Assembly (NCBI GenBank): GCA_013239625.1
Contig: MU053873.1
Coordinates: 882,524 to 946,523 of the forward strand
Direction: 5' to 3'
From: Lama guanicoe
Taxonomy: Eukaryota
Length of the DNA stretch: 64,000 bases
The translations under genes and the position numbers were made by a program. Below are positions 34,604-48,420 of the stretch, in pieces (within the stretch, counting starts at the first letter, position 1; each line of letters begins with the position of its first letter). The notes beneath the pieces are model-generated. The model was given only the letters and a program-made list of their open reading frames with translations. It was not told the origin of the DNA and made no database searches.

Positions 34604-36653
34604 GGGGGGCGAGCAGGCGCCCCCTCCAGGAAGCCCGCCAGGTGCCCACCTGCCCCTGGAGCCGTGCGCCGCGTGGCCCTTTTCGGGGCGGGGTGCCGGT
34701 TCCGAGGTGACTTCCCACGTGTTGCAAACTAGGGAATGGAGGCCGGGCCATGGTCTCAGATGCAGCCAGAACCCAAACCTGCCAATCCTGGGCTAATGAT
34801 GCGGGGCCCTCATCTCCTCCAGACATGTTTGAGGGATCCTGTTCCCGAGGCACGAAGGCTTCGTCCATCCGTGCAACAAAGGCTTCCTGAGCAGTGAGCG
34901 CCGCTGGGTGCAGGGCACCCCACCTCCGCTTCACGTCCTCTCTGGAGTTAATCGTCAAACCACCCCGGGTGAGGTGGGCGCAATCATCCTTATTTTACAG
35001 AGAAGAAAACTGAGGCCCGGGTCCCTCTGGAAGAAGACCTGGGCTGACTCCATAAAGTCAGTGTCCACTCTTACCACCATTTTACAGATAGAGAAACTGA
35101 GGCAGAAAGGGACTGTCATCTGCCTAAAGCATTCCATCAGTGGTGGAAGAGCTAGGATTTGAGTCCAGATCTCCTGACTTTAGGGGTGGAGAGTGTGTGT
35201 CAGCTCTTAGGCACAATTAGGGAAGAGTGCAGACAACAGTTGGTCTGGGCCTGGGGTTCCCTGTCTGCGACAAGGAAAGGATTGGCTTAGGATGCAGTTA
35301 CTGTATCTGGGGTGCACGAATGAGTTTCTGGGGAGAGGGCTGTGAATCCCTCTGGTGTTTGTGTGTGTGATACATGTGTGTGCATGTGTGTGATGTATGT
35401 GTCTGTGATAGGAGTGTGTGCCTATGGGGAGGGACTCAGAACCTTCCAAAACTCCAGGAGTCTCTGACCCACCTTCTGCTGGGACTGACGTGCATCAGGC
35501 GGTCCTGGGCTGGTGAAGCTATGACCAGTTTTGTGGTGCACCGGGGGCCTGTCACATGGGATCCTGCCGTGGCTTGTCCGATCCAGGACCTCTGCTAGAA
35601 ACACTCGAGCAAGAAGGGCAAGCTGGCCCCTACCCCTGATTCCCGGGACTGCCTCTCCTAAATTCACCAGGGCTGGGCAGCGCCAGGCCCTGGGCTGGGT
35701 CAGATTGGGGAGGGTGTGCCGGTGGAGAGAGCTGACCTCTGTCCCCTGAGGGGGCAGGCAGTGAGAGCTGGGTTCAAACCCTGCCTCTGCTCCCTCTGCC
35801 CCCTCTGCCAGCATGAGCTTGGGCAAGGCCTGCCCCTGTCTGAGCCTCAGTTTCTATTTGTAAGGAGGATAGTTACACGTTCATTACAGAGTGTGGGCAG
35901 GAATCAGATATCACAGCAACACCCTGGCACCCACTGTCCCCTGCTTCACGTGGTTCCCCAAGGGCTCCCCACATTCTCCAATGACAACATCATGGTGCCA
36001 ACTTTGCCCCCTTGGGGAGCTGCCTCCCTCTCTTCCATTGTGATTTTTGGGCACCTACAATGTGCCATCTGTCTGACCCCTCCAAAAAAATACAGCTTTG
36101 TGCCTCTCTGATTAGCTCTCATTCTTGACACACCTAGATCAGTGACTTATTCTCCTAGATGACTTGTCACTCTCAAGGGGCCTGGTCAGGCGGCCTGGAT
36201 CAAAACCCAACACCCCAAAGGGCACTTTGAAGGGCACACAGCTCTTTAGGAAGGGGAAGTTCTAGGCAGTTCCTTCTGTCTGGGGGGGTGCCTGGGAAGG
36301 CTGTCGAGGTGTCTGAGATTCCCAAAAGCTGTCACAGAACGAAGAAGCACCGCCAGGTCTGCTTGCAACGTGTCCAAGCTGCACCTGCGTACAGCTTCCT
36401 TTATCACCAAACATGTGAGAGCTCTGGCTACTGGGGAATTTCTCCAGCAATGGACTGTTCCAGGAAAAGCTGTTATCAACATTTTGACGTCGAAGGGGGT
36501 CCTGTCCTTGCTTAGGCTGGGATCCTGGGGGTTACCACGCAGGCTCGGCGCCCCATTGGCCTAGGTGTCAATTCCAGGGCAACCACTAAGCGTTGTGTGG
36601 TCTGGGAGACTCTCTGAGTCTCATTTCCTTGCCTGAAAAAGCAAGGCAGTTTT

Positions 36654-37198
36654 AAGACATGGAAGCAACCTAAGTGTCCATTGACAGATGACTGGATAAA
36701 GAAGATGTGTTATATATATACTATAGGATACTACTCAGCCAAAAAAAAGAATGAAATAATGCCATTTGCAGCAACATGGATTGGCCTAGAGACTATCATA
36801 CTAAGAGAAGTAAATCAGACAGAGAAAGACAAATATTGTATCACTTACATGTGGAATCTAAAAGAATGATACAAATGAACTTATTTACAAAACAGAAACA
36901 GACTCAGAGACATAGAAAACAAACATGGTTACCAAAGGGGAAGGTGGGGAGGGATAAATTAGGAGTTTGGGATTAACAGATACACTACTTCATATAAAAT
37001 AGATAAACAATAGGGACCTACTATATAACACAGGGAACTATATTCACTATCTTGTAATAACCTATAATAGAAAATAACCTGAAACTGTATATGTATAACT
37101 GAATCAGTTTGCTGTATACCAGAAACTAACACAATGTTGTAAATCAACTATACTTCAATTAAAAGAACAAAACAAAAAACAACCAAGCTAAAAACCCC
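36654..37198 (+). mobile_element. 5'-truncated L1 (ORF2 tail plus 3' UTR)
   Basis: Encodes DWIKKM..MPFAATW remnant; A-rich tail; TSD core AGGCAGTTTT at 36644-36653 and 37199-37208. Confidence 0.88.
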
Positions 37199-40100
37199 AG
37201 GCAGTTTTGAAGCTTTGGGTCTCTGTGTGGTGGTCCGGGGGCACGGTATGAAGGCCCCTTTCAAGGACACGCTTTCCTGGTGGTTGTCAGCCTGTTTTCT
37301 GGTCCTCTTTCCTCCCGGAGCAGGAAGGTCAGGAAACGCCGTGGGGACCTGGGTTTGGTCATTTGAGGTTTCAGTGTTTGCAGAGATGGGGAGGAGAGGG
37401 GCCCCCTGGCTCGAGGTCCCTATGGGCGGGGCCTCCTCCCTGGGGGCCGATCTTCCCCGCTGCCAAACCAGACCACAACTGCCAGTCAGGACAGCCACTT
37501 CCGGTCCGAGTGCTGACCGTGTGCCAGGCACTGTGCTAAGCATTTGGCTTGCATTGTCGCCTGCCCTCTTCTCCCTGACCCAGGGGGTGGCTCCATATTA
37601 TCCCCAGGTGCGGCCCGCCCAGGCCCACAGCTGGTGAGTGATGGGTCCTGGCCCTCACGCTCCCCATCAGGCCACACTGCCACCGTCTCGCCCAGCCCTG
37701 CAGGGGGGCTTCTTTGGACAAAAGGAGAACTTGGCTCAGATTTAGACTCCCTCTGGGAGCTGATGAGGTGAGAGAGAACACATGCACACACACACACACG
37801 TGTGGGCCACACAGGGACATGGACTCAGACACAGATACACCTCCTGCCTCAAAGCAGGCCGTGGGGTCCGGGAAATACAGCCGTTCTGGTGTGGATTCAC
37901 TGACATGTCCAGCCGGCCTAGTCCAAACAGGAAATGCTATTATCATAGCAAACAAACCTGGGTTGTAGCCTCCCTTCCTGGTGAACTCCCGCAGGGGCCT
38001 GTTCCAAGGGCCTCTTTCGGTCCCCTGTGTCCCACACCCCCGGCTGGGGGTGCCATAATACCAGCCCTGTTCACACACCAGCTCGTGGGAGCCCAGGCAC
38101 CCCACCTGATCTGCACCCTCATTGTGCCCATTCCGTGGGTGAAGGAGCAGCCCTAGAGGGCTGGGGTACCAGAGCCCATGGCAGCAGCCCCCAGGGGCCC
38201 AGGCAGCGCCCGCGGCCTTCGAAGCCTCTGCCCAGACAAAGGGCAGGGCCAGAGAGGAGAGCTGGCGACCCGCGCTTCCAGGTTAGGGAACAATGCCCGC
38301 TTTCAGTGCCTTTGATCTGGAGGCCTGGCCCAGCAGCGTGCCCTCTGCCCCAGAGCAGGGGGCACCCTGCTGGGCCGAGCGGGGTGCTGGGGGACCCAGA
38401 GAGCCTGCAGCTGCCCTGCTAAGTTATTTATGCTCCATGGAGCTGCCCTTCTCACCCAGCCCATTCCTTCCTCATGGAGCTGGGATGGGGCTGGAAGGGA
38501 GGGATAGGAGGAAGGAAGTTGTCAGAAAATCATAAATTCAGGCTCCGACAGGGCCTTCCTGCCCTCCTCAGGAATCCTCAGGGGAGAGGCGGGCACCTTT
38601 GGGGGTGGGGGGGCGGTGGAGTGGCAGGGCGGGCACAGGCAAGCTCAGCAGTACAGGGAGTGTTTGGAGTTAGGAGACCTGCATGTCTGCTTGATCTAGA
38701 GCAAGCCCCTTCTCTCCCAGCCTCAGGGCCCCCATCTGGAAACCAGGTAGTGGGCTGGGGTGGGGATACAGACCTGGGGACTCTCCTGTGACTGTGCCTT
38801 GTTGACTGTGAAGAAATGGGTGAATGAGAGGGCTGCTCCTTAGCGACATTTGTCCCACTTCCTTTCCTCCAGTTCCTTTCCCGGCAAACCCCCTCCTTTC
38901 TGCTCCCCACCTCTGCCCCACTTCCCTTCTTGCTCTGCTACTCTTTGCACATCTCTCCTCTGGCAAAGATGAACTAATGAGCTCTCCTTAGGAAGCATCC
39001 TCCTAGCTGAGGGGATAGAGGGAGGAGCTGTTGGGTCATTCATACTAGAGGATTAATGACTGATATATTTAATGTTAAATATTTGAGGGGCAGTTCATAG
39101 GGTTTCTTCCTCATTTAAATCCTAAATCACTAGTAGTGGAACTTCTAGGCTGGTAAGGGGGATGCTTGATGACCAAGAAAGGGTCTAGGAGTGCGGTCTG
39201 CCAAGTGAGAGGACCTTCTGTGTGGGAAGGTGTCCATCTCCTAGCCACAATGAGGTGACATCCACCCCTCTGCTGGACGCATCTGGGGTGGTGACCAACA
39301 GTCCATGCAGGTTAGATGGATCTGGCAGGCAACAGGAGCCACTCAGAGCTGCCTGCCTGCCCTTCCAGTCCCAGGTGTCAGCTGGACCCGGAGCACGCAG
39401 GCCCGCCCCTCCTGACACTCCCAGGATGGATGGTTTCCACCCCAGAGGAAGTGATTCTGAGGAGGAAGAGGTGAACGGGAGATGGAGAGAGAAACAGAGA
39501 GGCAGAAAATACTCTGAAAGAGAGCCAGCAAGCCAGAGATGGAAGGGGACAAGTGAGCTGGGCAGATGTAGAGAGGCAGACGGAAAGACAGAGAGACAGG
39601 ACAAGAGATAGACAGACAGACAGACAGGTACAGAGAGAAGAGCACTTGGGGAAGAGGACTCGGGTTGCTGGTCTCAGCTCCTGCGGGAACTGGGCAGAGG
39701 GGCAGGACCAGGGTGTCAGCCCAGCACCACCCCCAGAACCCGTCCAGCCTCTGCACCCACAGGCTCTGCCTCCCTCAGACTTGCACCCCTACACCCCAAG
39801 GGTGGGGAGCAGGTCCTTCCTCCATCTGCTGCCCATGCCTGGCACCGGCTGACCAGTGGGCACTGGGCTGCCTGCCGCTGGTATAAATCATGCGTGGGCA
39901 GACCCGTTAGGCAGATGGAGCTGCTGGGGCCCAGAAGAATTGGATTTTTAGCCCATGACTTGGCCCAGGGAGTCCTAAGTGAATGGACAGCATACGGGGG
40001 ATGTGGACTTCAGGCTCTCCCTTCCCCAGCCTCCTGTCCAGCCCTGGATCTTCTCCATCTGCTCTGTCCCTTCCAGTCCCCTCATCCACCATGGGATGTG

Positions 40101-40540
40101 GCCTTGGTCTCCTCGGTGGCCTCTCACCTCCTCTCTGAACCTTCCATCCTTCAGGATCTTCCCAGAGGCGAAGGGAAGCATTTCCCTGTGAGGGAAACCT
40201 TCAGCCCCACTACTGCTCTCGGGCTGAGAACTGAATGTGGCCCAGCCCGCTCTTCCTCCCTCAGCCCCAGACCCTGAGCCACCAAGTGAGTCTGCATTCT
40301 CCCAGCCAACCCTGTGCTCCCCAGCTGGCTGCAGGGCTTTCCCATCCCGTCCTGTCTGCCCACCAACCCCCATTCCCCTTCTGTCTCAGCTCAGACATCA
40401 CCCCTTCCAAGACCGGGTCCCGTGTGCACTGGGCTTCCCCGTTCACAGCCTTCTATGCGGGAGCCATCTATTGACTGGCTTTGCTGGCCCAGGGAACAGG
40501 TTCTTTTTAGAACCTGTGCTGATTTTAGTTGTACTCTGCC

Positions 40541-40574
40541 TGCAATTAGGAAGCTTCGCCACTAGGTGGCGCCT
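40541..40574 (+). promoter_or_regulatory. CTCF binding site (core CCACTAGGTGGCGC plus upstream TGCAAT module)
   Basis: Near-perfect match to the CTCF consensus at 40559-40572. Confidence 0.7.
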
Positions 40575-40957
40575 TTTGCTTGCACCTACACAGAAACGAG
40601 GTGGGTTTTTTGGTTTGGTTTGGTGTTTTTTGTTTTTTGTTTTTTTGGACCTCTCTGATCCTCCCCTAGAAGTTACATTTTGAGAAGATAGGGATACAAG
40701 AGACAGTCTTTAGGTTGGTGAAAGAGTACTGTGATCACGAAGCAATGTCTGCCTGGGTGAAGGAGTGGACAGTAGCAGGCGCTGTACCAGGCATCCAGCC
40801 ACCTCTAGCCTGTGCTTCTGAGAAGACAGGTATGTTTCCACTTAATACTTTTTTGAATAAGTAGGACTCTTTAAGACACTTGAGCATAAATATTAGAATT
40901 ACTAAGCACTGTTTAACAAGGGATCCTTGTAAGAATTAGTCTTGTAATAAAGAACAT

Positions 40958-41345
40958 ATTTACAGCAACATGGATGGACCTGGAGATTGTCATTCTAAGT
41001 GAAGCCAGAAAAAGAAAGAAAGACACAAATGAACTCATTTACAAAACAGAAACAGACTCACAGACACAGAAAACTAGAAGACAAATTTATGATTACCAGG
41101 GGGAAAGGGGGTGAGAAGGGTTAGATTGGGAATCCGAGGTTTACTGATACAAACTACTATATATAAAATAGATAACAACAAATTTCTTCTGTGCAGCACA
41201 GGGAAATATACTCAATATCTTGTAGTAACCTATAATGAAAAAGGATATGAAAACGAATATATGTATGTGTCTGTATGAATGAAACATTATGCTGTCCACC
41301 AGAAATTGACACAACGTTGTAAACTGACTACACTTAAAAAAAAAC
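40958..41345 (+). mobile_element. L1 3'-end fragment
   Basis: gcaacatggatggacctggag...cacagggaaatatactcaatatcttg..., A tail. Confidence 0.85.
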
Positions 41346-42304
41346 CTTATAATTTGAGAATGGATTTGCAGCAAGATATTTAAGAAAGCAAACATGAAGG
41401 TTCAGCCTTTCTTACTGGTCATGAGTGGTCAAGAATTTCCATTCCCCCCCACCAATCGTTTTGGAGAGAGAAACCGCTAGTGCTTTTTCTTACCTGCTTT
41501 TTCCTGTGTGCTCACAGGCCACTCCCGTTCTTGGAGCTGAGATGTCCAGAGCTTCCCTCAGGTCTGCGGCTGTCTGCTCACTCGGCCTCTGTCTCAGTGA
41601 GCCTGTTCTTGGAAGAAACTCTAAAGGAACAAGAAAGGCCTTCTTGGCTGCACTCTTCTTAAGAACTGCTGGGTTTTATAAAATCATTCTTCTTCATCAG
41701 TAATCCCTCAAAACCTTCTTAGAATCTTTTTAGTGGTAAAACATTATAATAATATAATGTCATTACTTTTTTTAAAAGAAGAAAAGAAATCACTTGTAAT
41801 CCATCCACCTTGATACAGTGATTCCCCAGGTTTTTGTTTGGGGTTTGGAGCTCTCTTCTTTTTAGTGCTTTTATTTTTTTCTTTTTTGCCAAAGAAAGAG
41901 AAGTCCCAGCCCTCTTGAAAATCTTTCCCCCACCTCCAGACAGCCGAAAATCCTTCTTTCTTAGCTGTTAGCTGTTTGTCCTTTGAAGTTAAAGCTGGTT
42001 TCATTTCTAATCTGAGCTGAGTGGTTTTCTATTGATAGTCACACGAGGGGTCAGAGGAAGCTGGACACAGGCTGTCTTCCGCAAGGGTCAGGCGTTGTCA
42101 CAGGTTCCACGTACACAGCCACCCGTTCCCCATCGTGTAAATAAGTAAGAGCTAAGGGATGTTTGCAGGGCTGGACATCAGATATCTTTGTTTATGGGGA
42201 CTGTGGGTGCGTCTGTATATTCTTGCTTCTAATCTGTCACTCTTTGATGATCTCTAAATGTTTCATGTTTGTAATTTAAAATATAAATTATTTTAAATTA
42301 AAAA

Positions 42305-42870
42305 AATAACCACATTCACCACTCCTAGGTATTGACCCAAGAAAGATGAAAATGTATATCCACACAAAAACTTGCACACAAATGTTCACAGCATCGCTAT
42401 TCATAACAGCTAAAAAGTTGAAACAACCCAAATGTCCATCAGCTGATAGGTGGATAAACAGTGGTCCAGGCACACCATGGAATATTATTCAGGCAATAAA
42501 AAGGAAGGCATTACTGACCCAGGCTACAATGTGGATGAATCTCGAAGACATTACACTAAGTGAAAGGAGCCTGACACAAAAGGCCATATATTGTATTAGT
42601 CCATTGATATGAAGTGTTCAGAATGGGGGAATCTATAGAGACAGAGAGCAGATTAGTGGTTGCCTTGGGCGGGGGAAGGGGTGCAGTTAGAGGGAAATGG
42701 GCTATGCCTGCCAATAGACATAGGAATTCTTATTGGGACAATAAAAATGTTTTAAAGTTGACTGTTGTGGTGGTTGCACAACTCTGAATATACTAAAAAC
42801 TATTGACTTATGCAGGTGAATTGTACAGTAGGTAAATCATATGTCAATAAAGCTGTTATGTACAAAATGA
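42305..42870 (+). mobile_element. Old L1 (L1MB-like) 3'-end fragment
   Basis: Encodes HTKTCTQMF..KQPKCPS remnant; 3' UTR ends aataaagctgtt. Confidence 0.82.
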
Positions 42871-43519
42871 ACACATACATTCACACAGAACTTACGGTTT
42901 TAAAGGTGAGGAAAAAAGTGTTTCCCTAGACTCTGAGGAAGGAAGATGGGCAGGCGTGGGAGGAAGGGTCCAGCCACGTCTGACCTCCACGTCCTCCCAG
43001 ACACACTGTGGGACACCAGCTGTGCCCTCAGCGGCTGGGGGCTGTTCCGCTGCGAGCAGGATGGCTATGTGATGTGGGCCCTGCTCTGGCCCAGCTCTCA
43101 GCCCGGAGAGCAAAGACAGGCGAACCACGTTATAACCTCCTGGGATAACACGTGACAGTGATAGGCCGTGGGAACTCAGGCCCCTGACTCAGCTGTCAAG
43201 GGAGGTGGAGGGGCACCTAAACTGAGAAGAGGCAGGTGAGCAAAAGTCATCCAGGTGAAGCCCAGGGAAGTGTCCCGGGGAGAGGGAGCAGTGGTAACAG
43301 CCTGGGGGAGGCCCGAAGGCAGCAGTGTGCTCGGACGCTGCAGGAACCAAGGACAGGTCGGTGCGGTGGGAACACGGTGGGCGAGGAGGCTGGAGACCCC
43401 GCGCCTAAGAGAGCAGCTGGGCAAGGGAGCCTGTGAGACCTTAAGCCTGGCCTCTTGCTTTAGAAAGATCCCTCTGGCTGCAGGCGCTGGAGGAGCTTGG
43501 ATGATGGTGGCTGGGAGTA

Positions 43520-43940
43520 TGAGGAGGGGCTGAATGGTGGCCCCTTAGCATCTGTCCATGTCCTGGAGCCTGTGACTCCATCCTCATCTGGAGAAAGTCT
43601 TTGTGGATGTAATTAAGGATCTTGAGATGAGATTATCCTAGATTCCTGGGGGCCGGTGGGTGGAGGCAGATCTGATGACAAACATCCCTGTAAAGGTTGC
43701 CTTGAGGGAAGATAGAGCAGAGATCGGAGAGGGACACAGCCACAGGGCAAGGAATACCAAGGAGCCACCAGAGGCTGCAAGATGCAAGGAAGAATCCCCT
43801 TCTAGAGCCTTCAGAGAGCGCCCTGCTGACATGCTGACTTCGGACTTCCAGCCTCCAGAGGTACGAGAGAATAAACTTCTGTCGTTTTAAGCCACCGAGT
43901 TTGTGGTGGTTTGTTAGGGCAGCCCTGGGACTGTAATACA
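43520..43940 (+). mobile_element. MaLR LTR (MLT1D-like)
   Basis: gtaattaaggatcttgagatg..., gacttccagcctccaga...aataaa...ttttaagcca...aataca. Confidence 0.78.
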
Positions 43941-44335
43941 GGAGGTCATGTGGGGATGGAGAGAAGTCACCAGATTCTGGAGACTTTTAGGAGGTAGAAG
44001 GAACCTCCCACACACACCTCCTCCCCTGCCTGAATCCCCAGCCATTGCCTTTTCCTCCAGCTGCAAAGATCTGAGCCTCATTCCTTCCACTGAGAGCGTG
44101 TCACCCACCTGTAAAATGGGATGGTAACAGCCGCCCGACCGCTAAGGAGCGTGGAACGTGTCTGCCTGGCGCCTGGAACACAGCGAGCATTCAGTACCTG
44201 CGACGATGGTTACAAATCCACAAAACTTTAGAGAGTATGTGAAATACCATTTCACTTGGCAAACATCCCCGACCCTCAGAACCTTCCCCACTGGCCTCCA
44301 GGGAGGCTGGGAGGAGTAAAAGCATTGTGGAACAG

Positions 44336-44746
44336 AGATGGGGATTGAAGAGCATCCCCTGAAAAGATGCTGAAGTCCTAACCCCTTGGAATGTGATGTT
44401 ATTTAGAAACAGGCTTTGCAGATGATCAAGTGAGGGTGAGGCCATTCGGGTGGGCCCTAACGCAACATGACTGTGTCCTTATAAAAGGGGAAACTCGGAC
44501 ACAGAGACAGACAGAGGGAAGATGACTTGAAGACACAGGGAAGCTATCTACAAGCCAAGGGGCACCTGAGACCACCAGGAGGCCGGAGAGAGCAATGGAA
44601 TAGATTCTCCCTCCCGGCCCCTGAAGGCACCTGCTGTCACCTCAGCTTCAGACTCCAGGCCTCCTGAGTGCTGAGGCAGTAAATGTCTATTGTTTAAGTG
44701 ACAAGTTTGCGGTATTTTGTTACCGCAGCCCCAGGGCACTGATACA
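44336..44746 (+). mobile_element. MaLR LTR (MLT1C-like)
   Basis: gaagtcctaacccc, gggtgggccctaa, gtccttataaaagg, tttgttaccgcagccc...gataca. Confidence 0.8.
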
Positions 44747-45284
44747 CGTGGGAATAAGATGTGTCTCAGTGTCTGGGGAAACTGGGCACCCCAGGGCCCA
44801 CGGGGATCCCTGGGGCTGGTGCCAACAACTCCCCCAGTCGCTGCCCAGGCCTGTGGCCAGGCTCTGTCCCCCACCGCCCCGGCAGGAGGGCACCAGGCGC
44901 TTCTAGGGCAGGATTCTGGGATGCATTTGGAAACCCTGGCAGAAGGGTTTCAAATTTGGCCCCATCCTGGTCAGCGGGGGACCTACCATCTGGATCCTGT
45001 GTGCTGTCCCCTGGCGGGGGGACTCTGAGCAGGGCTGTGGGAAGTGGTCAGGGAGGGGGTGGCTCCCTCTGTGGCTGGGGCCCTGGGTCAGACCCTGGGC
45101 CTGCACTTACTTGGGGGAGACCTTGAGCTGCTCACGTCACCTCCCTCATCCTAATTTTCTTACCTATTAAATGAGGACAGCAGGACAAGGTATCTCTGTA
45201 TGTTGCTGCCAGGATTCAGTGGGAGAATGGGAACAGCAGGATGCCTGGCGAAGGAAATTTTTAAATATTTTTTTACTTAAAAAA

Positions 45285-45645
45285 AAAACCTGTGATAAAA
45301 TATACATACTATAAATCTACCATTTTAACCATTTTTAAGTGTCCAGTTCAGCGGCATTAAGTGCATTCACATTGCTGTGCAACCAGCACCGCCACCCATC
45401 TTCAGAACCCTTTTCATCTTGCAGAACTGAAACCCTGTCCCTGTTAAACACTAACTCCCCATTCCTCCTCCCCTCCAGCCCTTGGCAACCACCATGCTGC
45501 TTTTCAGCTCTGTGAATTTGGCTACTCTAGGAGCCGGTATAAATGAAATCATATAGTGTTTGTCTTTTGTGACTGGCTAAGTGCACTCAGCATAATGTCT
45601 TCAAGACTCATCCACGGTGCAGCCTGTGTCAGAATTTCCTCTAAG
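45285..45645 (-). mobile_element. L1 3'-end fragment, antisense
   Basis: taccattttaaccatttttaagtgt...ggcaaccacca...ttttgtgactggct. Confidence 0.8.
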
Positions 45646-47924
45646 TTTTGTTTTTCACAAGAAGAGTATTGTCAGCAGCTTTGCACTGGGGAGAGCGCCC
45701 AGCCATTTGGGGGGAGGCGCTGAGCAGCCCCCTGCTTCCGTGGCAAAGGCACAGGTGGGCACCGCCGGCCTGGAGGAAGGAAGCCCTGGGACTGCGTCTG
45801 CTCTTGGGGCCGCCTGCCTCCAACCTCTCTTTTGGGGAGCTCAAAGGGGGCATTTTCTTAGGTGGGGCTGGAGCTCCTGACTCCTTCCCTTTTGAGTTTC
45901 TAAAGTTTCTAGAAGGAGACCCCAGGGTTCCAAAGACCTGCACTGGCCTGGGGAAGGCTGGTTCCAGGCCTGCCCGGGCCTAGGGTGGGGTGAGGAAATG
46001 GCTATGTGCAGACATGCTGTGTATATGAACCCGTGTGAACGAAAAAGACGTGGCTAAAATGCTGGGGGACCCCAGGCTAATTCAGGGTGGCTCAGCCAGT
46101 ACCAGATCCTAGAAATCTCCCCTCAAGGGCTGCATCTGAGTTCAGTTCCCACCGCTAACTGAAGCCAGGCTGGACTCTGCCTGAGAGAACCCCGAGGTTC
46201 CCAGACGCAGGATGGAGCCCCCGGCTTCTGGGTCCCTCTCAGCCTCACACATGGCTGGGTTTCCATGGCTCTGGCCTCCCGGCTCCCCAGGGCCTAGGGG
46301 AGCCTCGCTCCCAGCACATAAGTGGCCCTGGGCACCACTCCGAGACGGAATGGTTCTTGGGTGGATGGTGAACTCAGAAGGCCTTGGGGTCATCCTTCTG
46401 CACAGCGATCTTCACCATCCAGGGAGAAGGGAGTCCAGTGAAAGGTGGGACCAAGCATAGGCCCTGGAGGTCAGACAGATGTGGGCCACCCAGGGACCTG
46501 AGCACCTCCCCTCCCGTCTGCAGCCACAGTCTCCTCACCTGTAAACTGGAGATAACAACTGTGAACAGGCAGGGTGGGAGAGGATTCGGTGGGAGATGTA
46601 CTGTACGGCATCCAGCCTGCGCCTGGGGCATTAGGAGGAACCTGCTGGCTACCGCCGGGGGCGGGAGGGGGGCGGCGGCTGCCTGGGCTGACCGTGTATC
46701 AGGACGCCCCCTGGGATGCTTTTCTTGAGATGTGTCAGCTCACTTTCTAGCCACTGGCCTCTTCTAGAAGTTGCACACGGATAAAAGGTCCTAGTTAATG
46801 AGGATTCTAGTTAAAGTTTTAAAATTCACAGCAAGCTCACTCCGCATAATAATGTATTAGAAACACAACAATCCTTTAATCTAGAAGGAATTAATTGCTG
46901 GGCCCAGAAATTCAGGGCACGCTGACAGAATCCTTAATTTCTTGAGCTGATGGTTTCAAAAAGCGGCTGATTTTAGACTGGCTTCTCTCTACGCGTCAGT
47001 AAGACTCCCACAGCTCTGACAAAGGGCGAGATTGTCTTGATGTCTTACTCAGTAAGAATCATGCATGTGGGGTCTGAATTAATGTCAGCTCTGAATTTTT
47101 CCTGCTAGGTGGAACGTGGTGGACTTAAACCCCCAGGAGGCTCAATGCCAGCTCTGTGGCCCGAGCATACCCAGCCCTGCACAGGGAATGGCCTCACTCA
47201 CCCCCCACACGTTTGCTGGGTGCCCGCTGGGAGTCCAAGCTCAGGTTGGGTGCTGGATACACAGGAGCAGACACCACCAGCCTCGGGGACAGATCTTAGA
47301 TAAGCCCACAGTCAGACCATCGTAATTGCACATCCTGATAAGGAAACAAGGGGGAGGGTATATGAAAAAGAACAGCAGGGACATAATTTCATGGCAGGGC
47401 TGGGAGGCGGGGTGACTGCAGGTCACAGAAACTACGTAAGCTGAAAGCAGGAGGATGAGGGCAGTTAACTGGTGAAGAATGCAGACTGGTGTCGCTGGGC
47501 CAGGAAACACTCTGTGCAAAGGCCCTGAGGTAGGAATGTACAGCCATTGGGAGTCAGGAGCCATTCTCCAGGAGACTCCAGTGATGGAGGCACATGGGGC
47601 AAGAGAAGAAAAATCATCATCATCATAAGCGTCAGACGGAGGAGAAGCACCATAAATGCTTTGTCCAGGCTCAGGAGCTTGGGTGCTGTGCTATGTGCCA
47701 GGCGAACCTGAGCTCCATGTAGGCCCCTACAAGGACCATCTTGGGTGCAAATTGGGAGGCAGGAGACAGTTAAGGGCACAGACTCTGGGTCCGATAACCT
47801 GGCTTTGCCTCTTGACTCCCCTCTTAAGACAGAAGAGGAAGCCTCCAACCCTCAGCACACCAACTGCTTTCTTTGAAAATTTGCATTATATTATGCCATA
47901 CAGCAGATGACGTTAGTTATTTTA

Positions 47925-48420
47925 AATCGTTTTAATGCGGTGTAATTGACTACAACAAACTGTACACACTTAGAGTGTGCAATTTGGTCAGATTTGACAC
48001 CTGGAAAACCATCTCCGCAATCGAGACAATGAGCCTGTCCACCCCTGCCCCGCAGAGTCTCCCTGTGCCCTTCGTAATCCCATATTTTCTTTCAATCTGT
48101 GACTTGTCTTTGTAGTCTCTTAACATTGTCTTTCAGATGTTCTTAATTTTGGTGAAGTTCAGCTTATTGATATTTGATTTGGATTGTGATTTGTATCATG
48201 TCTGAAAAGGTCTTTGCCTAACCCAAAGTTGCAAAGGTTTTCTTTCCCTATGTTTTTTTCTAGAAGTTTTATAGTTTTAGGTTTTACATTTAGGTTTATG
48301 ATCTATTTTTGGAAACATTTTTTGTAGTTGTTAATGGTTTATGATCTATTTTTTGAGCTAATTTTTGTACATAGTACAAGGTGTGGATGAAGATTCTTTT
48401 CTTTTTTTTCTTTAAATTGC
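47925..48420 (-). mobile_element. Old L1 fragments, antisense
   Basis: T-rich, ttttctagaagttttatagttttagg L1 ORF2 antisense motif. Confidence 0.7.

Larger units (their letters stand above)
34150..34745 (-). promoter_or_regulatory. EMID1: CpG island / EMID1 promoter and 5' UTR
   Basis: Dense CpG and GC boxes (GGGGCGGGG near 34685) around exon 1; boundaries approximate. Confidence 0.8.

Noticed and set aside
34359..34958. 199-aa ORF as an N-terminally extended EMID1
   Set aside because: It runs through the N gap. The ATG at 34463 has a strong Kozak context and directly begins the signal peptide.
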